Program-made: the position numbers and the translations under genes | In this document: positions 41,180 through 51,890 of the stretch, in pieces | How the letters are laid out: each line of letters opens with the position of its first letter | Position numbering within the stretch: position 1 is the stretch's first letter | Notes under the pieces: model-generated | Seen by the model: only the letters and a program-made list of their open reading frames with translations | Told to the model about the DNA's origin: nothing | Databases searched by the model: none | NCBI GenBank assembly: GCA_027622665.1 | Contig: JAQBYT010000002.1 | Coordinates: 160,001 to 224,000 of the forward strand | Reading direction: 5' to 3' | DNA: 64,000 nt | From: Verrucomicrobiota bacterium | GTDB lineage: Bacteria; Verrucomicrobiota; Verrucomicrobiia; Opitutales; Seribacteraceae

Positions 41180-44100
41180 GATGTATCGGATAGGTTACCA
41201 ATCGGCTTTATCTGGTTTCATAACCCTATTGGTCGCATCTTTCGGGCAGCTGTTTGGACAGACTACCTCTGCGGACGATAGGATTTCCAGTCCGGAGATA
41301 GACCCGGTCGCGCTGCACGAGCAAGCAACGCGCGCGTTGGATACTTATTGCGTTACCTGTCATGGCCCCGAGAAACAAAAGGGTGACCTGCGATTCGATG
41401 CATTGGAGACCATGGACGCAGTGGACCTCCAGCATCTGTACGGCAACATGCTGGAAGTCATCCAACTCGGAGAAATGCCTCCTGAGAAAGCCAAGCAACC
41501 GAAGGGAACGGAGAAAAAGATTCTATTGCAGTGGTTGGATAGTCAACTTACAGGCAACGCGGCCAAGGCGCTTGCTGAGAAACTCGTGCGGTTCGAGTAC
41601 GGTAACGTGACTTCTCACGAAGATTTATTTTCGGGTGAGTACGCAGACTTGGCTGGGTACACACCGGATCGCAGATGGTTGATTAGTGAGTTTATATTCA
41701 ATGAGAAAATCAATAGCCTGCTCAACTACCGCTCAACCCGGAAAATCTACGGAACAACCCACAAGGTTCAGGGAGACAGCGGAGTTCACTGGAGCCCCAA
41801 AACGGAGCATGGAAACAAGTTCCGCAGAACCATTACAAACCCGTTTTTGTTGCCGGAAAAAGTAGGAGTCCGATACAGTTCGCACAAGCGTTTGACGACT
41901 GGCCACCTGCTCACCATGATCGGAAACGCAAAGCGTGTTGCCGGGCACATGTCCTCCGAGTCCATCATGAAGACACATTACCCGGCAATGTACGCACTGA
42001 TGGAAACCGAACTGAATTATCGGGAGATTCTACGTAACCGCGAACAGTTCCTCCGCACCTATGTCTTTATGGAGCGTCTGCTCAAAAACATCTATGGCGA
42101 AGAACATGAGAAACTGTTGCCAAAGGTCGTCCGGCAAGACATCGCCTACCCAGGGCCTCCAAAACATCAGGCCAACGGCATTCAGAAGCGGCATGAAAAC
42201 CTCGATTTCCTAGGACGGTTTGACCAGGAGGATCTTCAGGCCATCCTGAGGGGAATCGTCACCTACAAAGGCACGGAATACAAGGTCGAGGAAATTACGG
42301 CCAAATCGGAATCGGACAACAAAGGCAATGCCGTTTGGGCGCCTTACAGCGAAGCCAACCTTGCTGAATACAACCACATCATCGAGCAATGTGAAAGGGA
42401 CTGGTTTCTGGAGGGCGTCACCGACTACCGCATCGGCAACCGCATCACGACCATGAAGTTGTTCTACGACACATGGGACATGAACAGACTCTACCCCCAC
42501 GTAAAAAAGGAGAACTTCTCTGCACCGAATTACACCCCGCTCAATGACGCTGAGATGGCGGCCATCAGCAGCACAATCAAGAAGAACCGTAAGCAAGGTG
42601 ACCGGCACGTCCAGATCATCGACAAGTGCCTGGCCGAATGGAAGGCGGCATTCAAAGCAGATCGGCAATCCGCCGGGGGATTTCAAGAAACCTTGGTCGC
42701 CGAGTTTGTAATCGAACTGCACGAGCAAATCTTTGAGCGAAAGCCAACCGATTCGAAACTGGCTGAAAACATAGTGCAATTCAAGCTGTACCTCTCCAAG
42801 CTGGATAGGCAGAAGGCCATCGGGAAGTTGATTGAGTCCCTTGTCCTGAGCACTGAGTTTGCCTATCGAAACGAGTTTGGCCAGGGCGAAGCGGACGAAC
42901 ACGGCCGACGGTTGATGTCGCCCCGCAATGCGAGCCGTGCCCTCGCCTATGCGTTGACCGATAACAGCCCGGATGAAGCAATGGCAAAAGCCGCAGAGGA
43001 GGGACGGTTGGGTTCGCGCAAGGACTACGAAAGGGAGATCCGCAGGTTTCTGGCTCGCCGCGACAAATGGAACATCATCGACGAGAACGTACAGGCCGCC
43101 AACCTCAACCCCAGCGTGACGAACCAGCCAATACGCAAGTTGCGTTTCTTCCGGGATTTTTTTGGCTACCCGAAGGCACAGAACGTCTTCAAGGACGATT
43201 CGCGTTTTGGGGCAGGACGTCACGAGCAAGCGGTCAGCCGGTTGATCGAAGAGGCGGACATGCTGGTCGAGCACATCCTCCAAAAAGACGAGCAAGTCTT
43301 TGAGACGTTGCTGACGTCCGGAAAATTCTATGTCTTTCACAACGGAGACAACGCGTCGATGAAAGCCGCGTCCGATGCGCTCAGAAGCATTTACGACTAC
43401 TTCAAGAACAAAAACTGGCAGGCGTGGAAGCCGGAAGACGTCGCCCCGCATGAGGCTTTTCTTAGAACCCACTGGGAGTTTCAACGTGAGAAACAAGGCG
43501 ATCACCCTAAAATCCTGAGGAAGCTCCAAAAAATGATGGATGGGCTTGAGCTGCACTTCAGCGAAGGTCAAACCGGAGCCCTGCCTTACATGAAGAACGG
43601 CATGGGATTCTGGCACGGCGGACCGGTTCTCGGCCGGAGCGGACAACAGATGCGCGGCGAACAAGTGACCACCTACTGGAATCTCAATTGGAAGACATGG
43701 GACTATCCACCCAACCAGCCAGCCACCATCCCCAACCGAAAAGGGATTTTGACCCATCCCGCCTGGTTGATTGCCCATGCTCAAAACTTGGAGACTGATC
43801 CAATACATCGTGGCAAATGGATCCGTGAGAAGTTGTTGGCCGGAACAATCCCCGACGTACCGATCACCGTGGATGCCGTGATTCCGCCGGACCCTCACAA
43901 GACCCTCCGCCAAAGGATGGAAGACCGAACGGGCGAATCCTACTGCTGGCGTTGCCACGAAAAGATGGATCCCCTTGGCTTGCCCTTCGAGACCTACGAC
44001 GACTTCGGTCGCTACCGAACTGCGGAGAACCTGGAACACCCGGAAAACTTAATTCAAGAAGCCAAGCGTGGTGAGGTAAACGCCTTCGGTGCCTCGCTTT

Positions 44101-44411
44101 CGGTTTTCAAAACGTTGCCGGTCGATCCTCGTGGAGTTCTCAAGGGAACGGGTGACCCGAAATTGGACGGCAAGGTCAAAGATGCATTCGACTTGATCGA
44201 CCGACTGGCAAGATCGGAAAAGGTACGACAGTCCATTATCCGCCATGCCTTCCGCTACTTTTTGGGACGCAACGAAACGCTTTCCGACTCCAAAACCTTG
44301 ATTGACGCAAACAGAGCCTATGTGGACAATGAAGGCAGCTTCGACGAAGTGATCGTTTCCCTGTTAACCTCAGATTCATTTATTTACCGCAAACGCAACA
44401 CCAAGGAATAA
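41166..44411 (+). CDS. Long DUF1588/DUF1585-type protein with N-terminal cytochrome c domain
   Basis: CVTCHGPEKQKGDLRFD, MPP, ALAYALTD.SPD, RKGILTHPAWL, DPIHRGKWI, CWRCH.KMDPLGLPFE.YDDFGRYR. Confidence 0.88.
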   Translation: MPQAKMYRIGYQSALSGFITLLVASFGQLFGQTTSADDRISSPEIDPVALHEQATRALDTYCVTCHGPEKQKGDLRFDALETMDAVDLQHLYGNMLEVIQLGEMPPEKAKQPKGTEKKILLQWLDSQLTGNAAKALAEKLVRFEYGNVTSHEDLFSGEYADLAGYTPDRRWLISEFIFNEKINSLLNYRSTRKIYGTTHKVQGDSGVHWSPKTEHGNKFRRTITNPFLLPEKVGVRYSSHKRLTTGHLLTMIGNAKRVAGHMSSESIMKTHYPAMYALMETELNYREILRNREQFLRTYVFMERLLKNIYGEEHEKLLPKVVRQDIAYPGPPKHQANGIQKRHENLDFLGRFDQEDLQAILRGIVTYKGTEYKVEEITAKSESDNKGNAVWAPYSEANLAEYNHIIEQCERDWFLEGVTDYRIGNRITTMKLFYDTWDMNRLYPHVKKENFSAPNYTPLNDAEMAAISSTIKKNRKQGDRHVQIIDKCLAEWKAAFKADRQSAGGFQETLVAEFVIELHEQIFERKPTDSKLAENIVQFKLYLSKLDRQKAIGKLIESLVLSTEFAYRNEFGQGEADEHGRRLMSPRNASRALAYALTDNSPDEAMAKAAEEGRLGSRKDYEREIRRFLARRDKWNIIDENVQAANLNPSVTNQPIRKLRFFRDFFGYPKAQNVFKDDSRFGAGRHEQAVSRLIEEADMLVEHILQKDEQVFETLLTSGKFYVFHNGDNASMKAASDALRSIYDYFKNKNWQAWKPEDVAPHEAFLRTHWEFQREKQGDHPKILRKLQKMMDGLELHFSEGQTGALPYMKNGMGFWHGGPVLGRSGQQMRGEQVTTYWNLNWKTWDYPPNQPATIPNRKGILTHPAWLIAHAQNLETDPIHRGKWIREKLLAGTIPDVPITVDAVIPPDPHKTLRQRMEDRTGESYCWRCHEKMDPLGLPFETYDDFGRYRTAENLEHPENLIQEAKRGEVNAFGASLSVFKTLPVDPRGVLKGTGDPKLDGKVKDAFDLIDRLARSEKVRQSIIRHAFRYFLGRNETLSDSKTLIDANRAYVDNEGSFDEVIVSLLTSDSFIYRKRNTKE

Positions 44412-44414
44412 AGC

Positions 44415-45812
44415 ATGTTGATCAACCGAAGAGAACTTTTGAAGAGAACTGCGTTGGGAACGGCCAGCCTCGCGCTCACACCCTCGTTTACCCACCTAAG
44501 GGCCGCTTCAGCGAAGCATTCGGTTCGCTTCCCGCACCGGTTCGTCTTTATCCGGAAGTCCAACGGAAATTTGCCCACCCAATTCGGCCTCCCCTCCTTT
44601 TCCGCCGAAGAGTTGAAAAAGCACGAGGAGAAGGAATCCTTCGAGGTTGACTTGTCGAAGCACGAATTGCCCGACTGGCTGAAAGGGCTCGACGAACATA
44701 AAGAGAACATCACCATCCTGCACGGCATCTCGATGTCGGTCAGCGGAGGCGGGCACTACTCCTACTCCGGTTGCATGGGGGCCTACAAAGCAGGACGCGA
44801 CATTCTCAGCAACATCAAGCGGGCGACCATTGATTTCGAATTAGCCAAGCTTTTCCCCTCCCCTTTCGGTCATGTTGAGATGTCTCTGGCGGTGCCTCAC
44901 GGGCGTGATCACAGGACAGGTATTGTTTCCGGCTATTCCGCTCCGGCGGCCAAACAACGCAACTACTGCTACGCCGACCCCATGACGGCCCATCAAGAAT
45001 TGTTCAAATCGGTCACCAATACTTCGGAGGCAGAATCCGACCGCGCCCTCCTCGACTACTTGCACGACAAGGAACGCCGCCAACTCAAGGGGTTGGACGG
45101 TGATGAACGCCTCAAGATCAGCGATCAGGTCGATTCGCTCCAATCCATCCGCGACCGCAACGCCAAAGTCGAGTCCCTGGGAGCAAAGATCAAACAACAC
45201 CTACCCGACATCGACCCGATCCATGCAAACGGCGGCGCAAACGCAACCCTACCCCAGAAACAGGCGGCATTCACCGATGTGATCATCGGAGCGCTGGCTT
45301 CAGGAATCACCAACGTCGTTACCTACACCATTGACGACCTGGGCACCGACATCACCTCCCTTCCGGAGAACACCCAGAAGACAAGTATCCACCAGATCGG
45401 GCATGGCGGCCAAATTTCAGGCGCCGCCCTAATGAGGGATGCCATCAAGACCCACCACATCAAGCAAGTCAGAACTCTGGTGACCCAACTCAAATCCGTC
45501 CCCGAGGGAAATGGTACGATGTTCGATAACACGACGATCATCTACATGCCCGAAACCGGAGCCGGCCACCACGGCCCGGACACGGAGGCGCCGATGGTCC
45601 TCATGACCGGCAAGAACTCAAAGCTCGATCTTGCGGGTCGCTACGTCCGCTTGCCTTTTCACGGTACCGAAGGACACAAGACGTTGAGCAATTGGTATAC
45701 GACGTTGCTCAACGCTTACGGCAGCCCGATTGAGCATTATGGTGATCTGGACCTGACCATGCAACGCAATCGTCTCAAGCAGACAGGCGCGATCGACAGA
45801 TTCTTGATCTAA
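44415..45812 (+). CDS. DUF1552 family protein (divergent subtype)
   Basis: NRRELLK leader, KSNG, IHQIGH, VPEGNGTMFDNTTIIY..G..HH, NWYTTLLNAYG. Confidence 0.85.
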   Translation: MLINRRELLKRTALGTASLALTPSFTHLRAASAKHSVRFPHRFVFIRKSNGNLPTQFGLPSFSAEELKKHEEKESFEVDLSKHELPDWLKGLDEHKENITILHGISMSVSGGGHYSYSGCMGAYKAGRDILSNIKRATIDFELAKLFPSPFGHVEMSLAVPHGRDHRTGIVSGYSAPAAKQRNYCYADPMTAHQELFKSVTNTSEAESDRALLDYLHDKERRQLKGLDGDERLKISDQVDSLQSIRDRNAKVESLGAKIKQHLPDIDPIHANGGANATLPQKQAAFTDVIIGALASGITNVVTYTIDDLGTDITSLPENTQKTSIHQIGHGGQISGAALMRDAIKTHHIKQVRTLVTQLKSVPEGNGTMFDNTTIIYMPETGAGHHGPDTEAPMVLMTGKNSKLDLAGRYVRLPFHGTEGHKTLSNWYTTLLNAYGSPIEHYGDLDLTMQRNRLKQTGAIDRFLI

Positions 45813-45843
45813 GCCTTGGGCGCGTCTTCCTTCCCATTCCGGC

Positions 45844-46041
45844 ATGAAACCTTTCCATCAAAAAAGGTTTGCTCTCTTGCTCATGGTGTTCTGCTTTTCT
45901 TTCCTTATCGGCAATGCCGATGAGACAGAGGACCGCTCGACTGCCGGATCAGCAGCAACTCACCCAAATGAGCACCCCTTCGCTCCCAGCTTAAAAGGGC
46001 AATCCGAAAGCTGTTTGACTTGCGGATGGTCAGCGTTCTGA
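45844..46041 (+). other. Short ORF with signal peptide; possible gene remnant
   Basis: Sec-like leader, ends ESCLTCG, overlaps the end of the convergent gene. Confidence 0.3.
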
Positions 46042-49000
46042 TTCGGGGACATGAATGGCCGCAAACGCATTCAGGCCGAAACCAATTGGCCTGAGATTCG
46101 AGGGTCTGATATCGTCGCGGGGATGACCATTGAAATTAACATACAAGGTAGAACCGTCTTTACTCAATTTCGCTCCATAGGTCCCGCCCGGAACATAGCC
46201 AATTTGTTCTTCCATTGCCGGCCCGAGGAAAGCGAGCACCTTCCGCTTTTTTCTTTTCAGGTCAAATTGCATAACCGGCGTGCCGTATTTCCATGCCTGA
46301 CCGTGGGAGCCGGGCAAATAGTAAAGAAACCGCTCGTCTGCTGAAAGTAGCATAACGGTCGTGTACTGCCCCGTCCCCCAAGTGGGTCCCAACATGTCGA
46401 TTTTTTTGCGATGGGGAGAGATTGCATAAAGTTGGTTTGTTTTGTGGGTGCTTCCGTAAAAAAATCCATTCGTTGACATCCGGGTAGCCGAGCGAATTCC
46501 AGGAGATTCCCCTGGAAACGTGATGCCGCAAAAAGAGGTTTTCCCCGTTTCCAAATCCATTCGGTGGAATTTGCCTTCCTTCCCGTTGAAATAAATCGAT
46601 CCATCTTTCCCCAATGCAATCGCCCGGTTGAATTCGACGACACCGTCCTTGGTCTGGTGAACGACCTTACCGGATTCAAGATCGAGGGCGTAAAGGGCGT
46701 CGCCCTCTCCTCCCTCCAGGTTGCACCACCAAAGGTTTCGGTCGGGATCGACGAGCGAGGTAGCGGTACATCTCTTGGGCGGCAGGTTTGAGAATACCTT
46801 GGTTTCCTTTGTTTTTGGGTCATAACGATAGAGCTGGCCACCGGGGAGCCGATCGTTCCATTTGTATTTTGGATCACCTGCCTTCTGCCCGCCATTCAAG
46901 GTGCAGGAAAAATAGATGCCGCCATCCCGTCCCTCGTCGATGCGGGCATGAACCTTGGTCCATGCGGGCTGTCCGGCCTTGGGAGGGACGATCTTTCCCA
47001 TATCCGCAACCTGGGTTAATTTGCTCTTCATTGGATCCCACCTGTAAATAAGGCAACGGCCGTCTCCACCTGCGTCATCTCCATGATCCCCGATCGCGCT
47101 GTAAACGGAGCCATCCCTTGCAACGCATATGTCCCCCCAAGATGACCACAAGCGCCTTTCTGCCGGCTGAGGCCCGAGCCTGTCGTGAAAGGAGATCTCA
47201 ACGCGCGGAGCAACCTTTGCCATTTCAAATTCCGCATAGCCTTCCTCGCTCATCGCTTTGCGCACCTCCGTGGGAATTTCCAGGAACTTGTCCGTTTGGA
47301 CGGAAGCGTAATGTTCTTTGACTCCGGGCAGTTCGGGCGGCCATGGACGGTTGGACAAATTCTCATCGCGCAATTCCTCGTTGGTGGAGATCACCATGCG
47401 CTGGTTTGCCGAAAGGTTTGCCCGGGTGATTGTCCCTTTGCCATGGGGCAAAGTGATTTGGACGTCGCAAGTCTCCTTCTCCCCCAAGCCAAAATGAACG
47501 ACGGCTTCTTGGCCCGACGCATATCCGAAACCGGAAGCCGTTTCCTTCATGCTCAGCAGCGACTTTGGATTTCCTGCACGGCGGGCATCATAGATAGTAA
47601 CTCGTGAACCGATACCCATCGCATTGATCCCGTCCGTTCCCTTTATCTCAACTTGAATCCAATTTCCGCCTTTGGTTTCGTTTTGCAACAGAAGGGAATC
47701 ACGCTCTTTCCACCAGCAAGGCATAACCATATCCATTTTCCCATCCTTGTTGAAATCACAGGTTGGTCCGGGGGCGGAATAAATGATCTTCCCCTCTGCG
47801 ATCATCTTTTGGAAAAGCTTGCCGGCACTTTTGATGGATTGGTCCTCGGCCGTTGGGAAATCATTTACTTCCAGAGCGCTTGCCTTGAAACTCGGGAGTT
47901 TGCTCTTCTTGTCGTTCCCTATGTTTTTGAAGATCAAGGGAGCGGGGTTTCCATCCGAATCGAACTTCACTAGTGACGCATAGACGTCCATCCTTCCGTC
48001 ATTGTCAAAATCCTGCACCTCCAAGTGAGGGGATTTCATCGGCAGAGCCAACAGGCCAACCTGTTCCGTTTGATCCTCAAAGGTTGGTTCTCCGTTCTTG
48101 ATGCCCAGGTTCAGGTAAAGCCTGTTCGCTACGGGCTTGACCCAGGGTTGTGAAAAGTGCTGGCCGAGCAGGATGTCGGGCAAACCATCATGGTTAATGT
48201 CCCCAATGGTTGCTCCACAGATCATGTCGTCGCCTTTCGCATCCGGCCAATGAAAGGTTTTCGGGCTGCATTTGGCTTCTTTGAATTTTCCTTTCCCATC
48301 GTTGAGGAACAAGTGGGAACCCTTTGTGGATACGATGAGAACGTCAGGCCACGAATCAAGGTTGACGTCCTGGGCGGCAACCCCAAGCCCGGGAATTCCT
48401 TCGGGGATTCCAGCTTCCCGCGAAAAGTCTTCAAATTTCAAGCCGCCAAGATTCCTGAACAAACGTGAGCTTGTGGTTTTCGATCCATTGTAGCCCGGGA
48501 TCGGATCTTCACCGACCAACAGGTCCAACAGACCGTCTCCATCAAAATCCAAGATTGCGGCGGAACGCCCCCCGAAGGCAGGCGGGCATGCTCCGTTGCC
48601 TTTCGATACGTTTGTAAACGCGCCCTTTCCATCATTGCTAAAGAGGGAACAACCAGCAAAAGCATGACCTTGTCGCTCGGCTAACTTGCTTCCCGTCGGG
48701 GCAGGCATGGAGGCAACGTAGAGGTCGTTGTCCCCGTCGTTATCGAAATCTGCGAGCAGTACCCCGGTTGCCCTGGTGGATAGCCTTGTTTCGGTTTGTT
48801 TATCCAGCTCGAATCTTCCTCCCCGATTCAAGAACAGCAGGTTTGGTTTCGTTTCCTTGTAGTGAAAGGTGGCGACGTAAAGATCCGGCCAACCATCTCC
48901 GTTGACGTCACCCCATGCTGCTCCATGTCCTTGAATATTCGACCCCTCGGGCAGAAAACCCTTCTGCTTGCCAACGTCGGAGAAGTTGAAATCCTTTTGC

Positions 49001-49086
49001 TCCTCGCCCACGGCGACAACGCTTGGGAGAAGATAAAGCAAAAGAGCGATTCCCGAAATACAAATACTGAGGTAATTTTTATTCAC
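46030..49086 (-). CDS. CRTAC1-like FG-GAP/VCBS repeat + ASPIC/UnbV protein fused to a second beta-propeller
   Basis: Repeated DxNxDGxxD, NWIQV.IKG..NAMGIGSRV, GYASG..VHFGLG. C-terminal ~430 aa WSSWGD..TKVHA propeller. Confidence 0.85.
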   Translation of the reverse strand: MNKNYLSICISGIALLLYLLPSVVAVGEEQKDFNFSDVGKQKGFLPEGSNIQGHGAAWGDVNGDGWPDLYVATFHYKETKPNLLFLNRGGRFELDKQTETRLSTRATGVLLADFDNDGDNDLYVASMPAPTGSKLAERQGHAFAGCSLFSNDGKGAFTNVSKGNGACPPAFGGRSAAILDFDGDGLLDLLVGEDPIPGYNGSKTTSSRLFRNLGGLKFEDFSREAGIPEGIPGLGVAAQDVNLDSWPDVLIVSTKGSHLFLNDGKGKFKEAKCSPKTFHWPDAKGDDMICGATIGDINHDGLPDILLGQHFSQPWVKPVANRLYLNLGIKNGEPTFEDQTEQVGLLALPMKSPHLEVQDFDNDGRMDVYASLVKFDSDGNPAPLIFKNIGNDKKSKLPSFKASALEVNDFPTAEDQSIKSAGKLFQKMIAEGKIIYSAPGPTCDFNKDGKMDMVMPCWWKERDSLLLQNETKGGNWIQVEIKGTDGINAMGIGSRVTIYDARRAGNPKSLLSMKETASGFGYASGQEAVVHFGLGEKETCDVQITLPHGKGTITRANLSANQRMVISTNEELRDENLSNRPWPPELPGVKEHYASVQTDKFLEIPTEVRKAMSEEGYAEFEMAKVAPRVEISFHDRLGPQPAERRLWSSWGDICVARDGSVYSAIGDHGDDAGGDGRCLIYRWDPMKSKLTQVADMGKIVPPKAGQPAWTKVHARIDEGRDGGIYFSCTLNGGQKAGDPKYKWNDRLPGGQLYRYDPKTKETKVFSNLPPKRCTATSLVDPDRNLWWCNLEGGEGDALYALDLESGKVVHQTKDGVVEFNRAIALGKDGSIYFNGKEGKFHRMDLETGKTSFCGITFPGESPGIRSATRMSTNGFFYGSTHKTNQLYAISPHRKKIDMLGPTWGTGQYTTVMLLSADERFLYYLPGSHGQAWKYGTPVMQFDLKRKKRKVLAFLGPAMEEQIGYVPGGTYGAKLSKDGSTLYVNFNGHPRDDIRPSNLRPIGFGLNAFAAIHVPESER

Positions 49087-49241
49087 TAATGATTAGTCTG
49101 ACAGCTTACTTCCAGACTCATCCGAAAATGAAGTCTATTCTTCTTGTCAAGTGAGAAAAGTCATGGAGCCATTGCTACCTCTGGGATTCTGAAAGCCTCT
49201 ATGCAATTGCCTCCTGTATGAAAAAACGATCCAATTTCAGC

Positions 49242-49712
49242 ATGACAAAAAGAAAAGTTATCCCGCATTTTTCCGGTTTGATTTTGCTTTTCTTGCTGGC
49301 CTGCCCTTCGGCCTGGGGGACAAAGGTCCCTTCCTCTAAAGATCAACTGGAGAAAATCGCCAATCACGTCGTGGTGGTCAAGGTCCAGGCTATTTACTCC
49401 TACATGGAGCGGGAAGGCATTTCAGTATTAAGCGGTTATGAGTACGACAGGAAAGTGGCGGAGGTAAAGATCGAGAAAGTCGAGAAAGGCAAGATTGCCG
49501 AAAGCCTGATCTACATCCGCTACTGGAGCCGGGAATGGAAGGGCTTGGGACTTCCGCCCCCGGGTGGACAATCCTACGAACCTCAACCCAAGAAAGGGCA
49601 AATTTTCCTTTTTTACCTCGCAAAAAATGCCTACGAAGGCTGGTCGAAGGGGTCGCAGGATGGCGGATACAACGTCGTCTACGTCAGCGGCGTACAACCG
49701 CTTGAGAAATAA
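49242..49712 (+). CDS. Secreted hypothetical protein
   Basis: Signal peptide; QLEKIANHVVVVKVQAIYS..PPPGGQSYEPQPKKG. Confidence 0.72.
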   Translation: MTKRKVIPHFSGLILLFLLACPSAWGTKVPSSKDQLEKIANHVVVVKVQAIYSYMEREGISVLSGYEYDRKVAEVKIEKVEKGKIAESLIYIRYWSREWKGLGLPPPGGQSYEPQPKKGQIFLFYLAKNAYEGWSKGSQDGGYNVVYVSGVQPLEK

Positions 49713-49754
49713 GTTCACCGACTGTATATTCTGTCTAACATAATGACACTTCCC

Positions 49755-51215
49755 ATGAAACAAAGCAGCCTCTCTTTTTTCTTGCTCCTTCTTTTTGGGC
49801 AAATCCTGTTCTCCGGGGACAAGCCGAACATCGTCTTTTTCCTTGCCGACGACGTCTCCCAGGATGATTTCGGGTGCTACGGGCATCCCGTAATCAAGAC
49901 ACCCAACGTCGACGCCCTAGCCAGTAAGGGCATGCGCTTCGACAACGCCTACCTGACCACCAGCAGCTGCAGCCCCACGCGCTGCAGCATCATCACCGGG
50001 CGCTACCCTCACAATACGGGCGCTCCCGAGCTGCACGTCCGCCTGCCTGAATCCCAAGTGCGTTTCCCCGAGCTTTTGAGGAAGGCGGGGTACTACACCG
50101 TGCTTTCGGGCAAGAACCACATGTTTGGGCACAAAGACCGGGCCTTCGACCGGATCACGGGCGGTGGAGGACCGGGCAAGGAGAAGGATTGGGTCGATCA
50201 CGTCAAGGACCGCCCCAAGGACAAACCCTTCTTCTTCTGGTTCGCGGCCTCGGATGCGCATCGCGGTTGGGGCATATCTGACGATGCCCCGAAATACGAG
50301 CCCAAGGACATTGTAATTCCTCCCTACATGGTCGACACCGAGGAAACCCGTAAGGACCTCACCGGTTACTACCATGAGGTTAGCCGTTTCGATCATTTCA
50401 TCGGACTGGTAATCGCCGAGTTGAAAAAACAGGGCATCCTCGAAAACACCATGATCGTGGTCGCCGCGGACAACGGTCGCCCTTTCCCCCGTTGCAAGTC
50501 GCGCATGTACGACAGCGGGATCAAGACACCTTGGGTCGTTTACTACCCGGACGTCATCAAGAAACCTTCGGTCACTCAAAGACTGGTCAGCGTGATCGAC
50601 CTCAGTGCCACCTGTCTGGAACTAGCCGGGGTCAAGCGGCCCGCCTTCGTTCAGGGACGCAGTTTTCTTCCTATTTTGAAAGACACGAAGGCCCAAGTGA
50701 GGGAAGTCGTCTTTGCCGAACACAACTGGCATGTCTACAAGAACCACGAGCGCATGGTTCGCTTTGGAAACTTTCTCTATATCCGTAACAATTTCCCCGA
50801 CCAGCCTAATCTTTGCTACGAGTCGGATGATCATTACCCCGCCGGTGCTGAATTGTGGAAGGCTCATGCCGCGGGCAAGACTACCCGTAATCAATTTCAG
50901 GTGTTTGCCAATCCCTGCCCGCCCGAGGAACTCTTTGAAGTCAGCGACGACCCACATCAACTGACTAACCTGGCTAATGCCCGCGAGTATGCGAAAAATC
51001 TCAAGCAAGCTCGCGCCCTGCTCGCCGACTGGACCAAGCAAACGGGGGATTCCATTCCCGCCAACCCGACTCCCCACCGGCACGACCCTCCCCGAATCGA
51101 GGACGGCAAGATTATCCCTCAGGGGAAGGCAGGGAAAAGAAACCCTCACGCTGAGATGCCGGGAGCTTCCAACAATGCCATGAAGGTCAACCACCCCGGC
51201 CCGCTGAAGCTGTAG
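49755..51215 (+). CDS. Sulfatase (sulfamidase/N-sulfoglucosamine sulfohydrolase-like)
   Basis: PNIVFFLADD, SSCSPTRCSIITGRYP, DAHR, ADNGRPFPRCK..YDSGIKTP, EHNWH. Confidence 0.9.
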   Translation: MKQSSLSFFLLLLFGQILFSGDKPNIVFFLADDVSQDDFGCYGHPVIKTPNVDALASKGMRFDNAYLTTSSCSPTRCSIITGRYPHNTGAPELHVRLPESQVRFPELLRKAGYYTVLSGKNHMFGHKDRAFDRITGGGGPGKEKDWVDHVKDRPKDKPFFFWFAASDAHRGWGISDDAPKYEPKDIVIPPYMVDTEETRKDLTGYYHEVSRFDHFIGLVIAELKKQGILENTMIVVAADNGRPFPRCKSRMYDSGIKTPWVVYYPDVIKKPSVTQRLVSVIDLSATCLELAGVKRPAFVQGRSFLPILKDTKAQVREVVFAEHNWHVYKNHERMVRFGNFLYIRNNFPDQPNLCYESDDHYPAGAELWKAHAAGKTTRNQFQVFANPCPPEELFEVSDDPHQLTNLANAREYAKNLKQARALLADWTKQTGDSIPANPTPHRHDPPRIEDGKIIPQGKAGKRNPHAEMPGASNNAMKVNHPGPLKL

Positions 51216-51225
51216 CAAAGTCACA

Positions 51226-51489
51226 ATGACAAAACTGGATCCACTCTCCATCGCCTTGCTCCTTGCCTTGGTCAAGAACCCGAACTCTTTCTCCAAATGG
51301 GGCGGCGCCAAAAAGTGCTGAGGCTTTCATCCAGACTACGCGCTTGTGCGGAAGACCGACGACGAGGTCGTCGAGGTGCATCTTTTTTTCTCCAACCACG
51401 AGATCAAGGTATTCAAGGGGCAATCCGAGGTGTACTGCGAAATAGAAAAGGACGCCCACGAAGGGCTCAGGAAATGGACTCGCATTTAG
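51226..51489 (+). pseudogene. Degraded hypothetical gene (C-G-G-F-H-P-D-Y-type motif) with in-frame TGA at 51319
   Basis: FSKWGGAKKC*GFHPDYALV..VHLFFSNHEIKVF. The frame continues to TAG 51487. Confidence 0.55.
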
Positions 51490-51599
51490 CGAATTGAAGA
51501 GGATGAAGGGAAATCACATCAATACCTTATTCTGAAATCTTTTCAGGGCATTAGTTAGTTATCGATTTCAAGAGCTAGTGTGATAACCATCATATAACC

Positions 51600-51890
51600 A
51601 TGCAACACACTGTGACCTTCCGTCTCAAACACCCTTCGGGTTCTCCCGCAGAGGCTAACTTTCTATCATCCGCCGAGGGACTGGCCGCCATCCCCGGGGT
51701 GAAGGACTTTCGGATCCGCCGTCAGGTCAGTCCAAAGAATTCCCATGCCTTCGGTATATCGATGCATTTCGACAGCGACGAAGACTTTCAGTCATACTGC
51801 AAGCATCCGCTCCATGACGCGTTTGTCCAGGAACACTGGATACCGGAGGTCAGGGATTTTAAAGAGGCCGATTTTGAAGTCATTTCATGA
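51600..51890 (+). CDS. Dabb (stress-responsive A/B barrel) protein
   Basis: HTVTFRLK, AIPGV, MHFDS..Y.KHPLH..FV. Confidence 0.85.
   Translation: MQHTVTFRLKHPSGSPAEANFLSSAEGLAAIPGVKDFRIRRQVSPKNSHAFGISMHFDSDEDFQSYCKHPLHDAFVQEHWIPEVRDFKEADFEVIS

Noticed and set aside
42210..44039. 609-aa minus-strand ORF
   Set aside because: Antisense shadow of the DUF1588-type gene; no motifs.
51316..51324. C-U-G selenoprotein motif, or TGA=Gly genetic code
   Set aside because: As recalled, the family motif is CGGFHPDY, so GGA to TGA explains it. Downstream Cys positions appear degenerate, and many intact genes here end in TGA.
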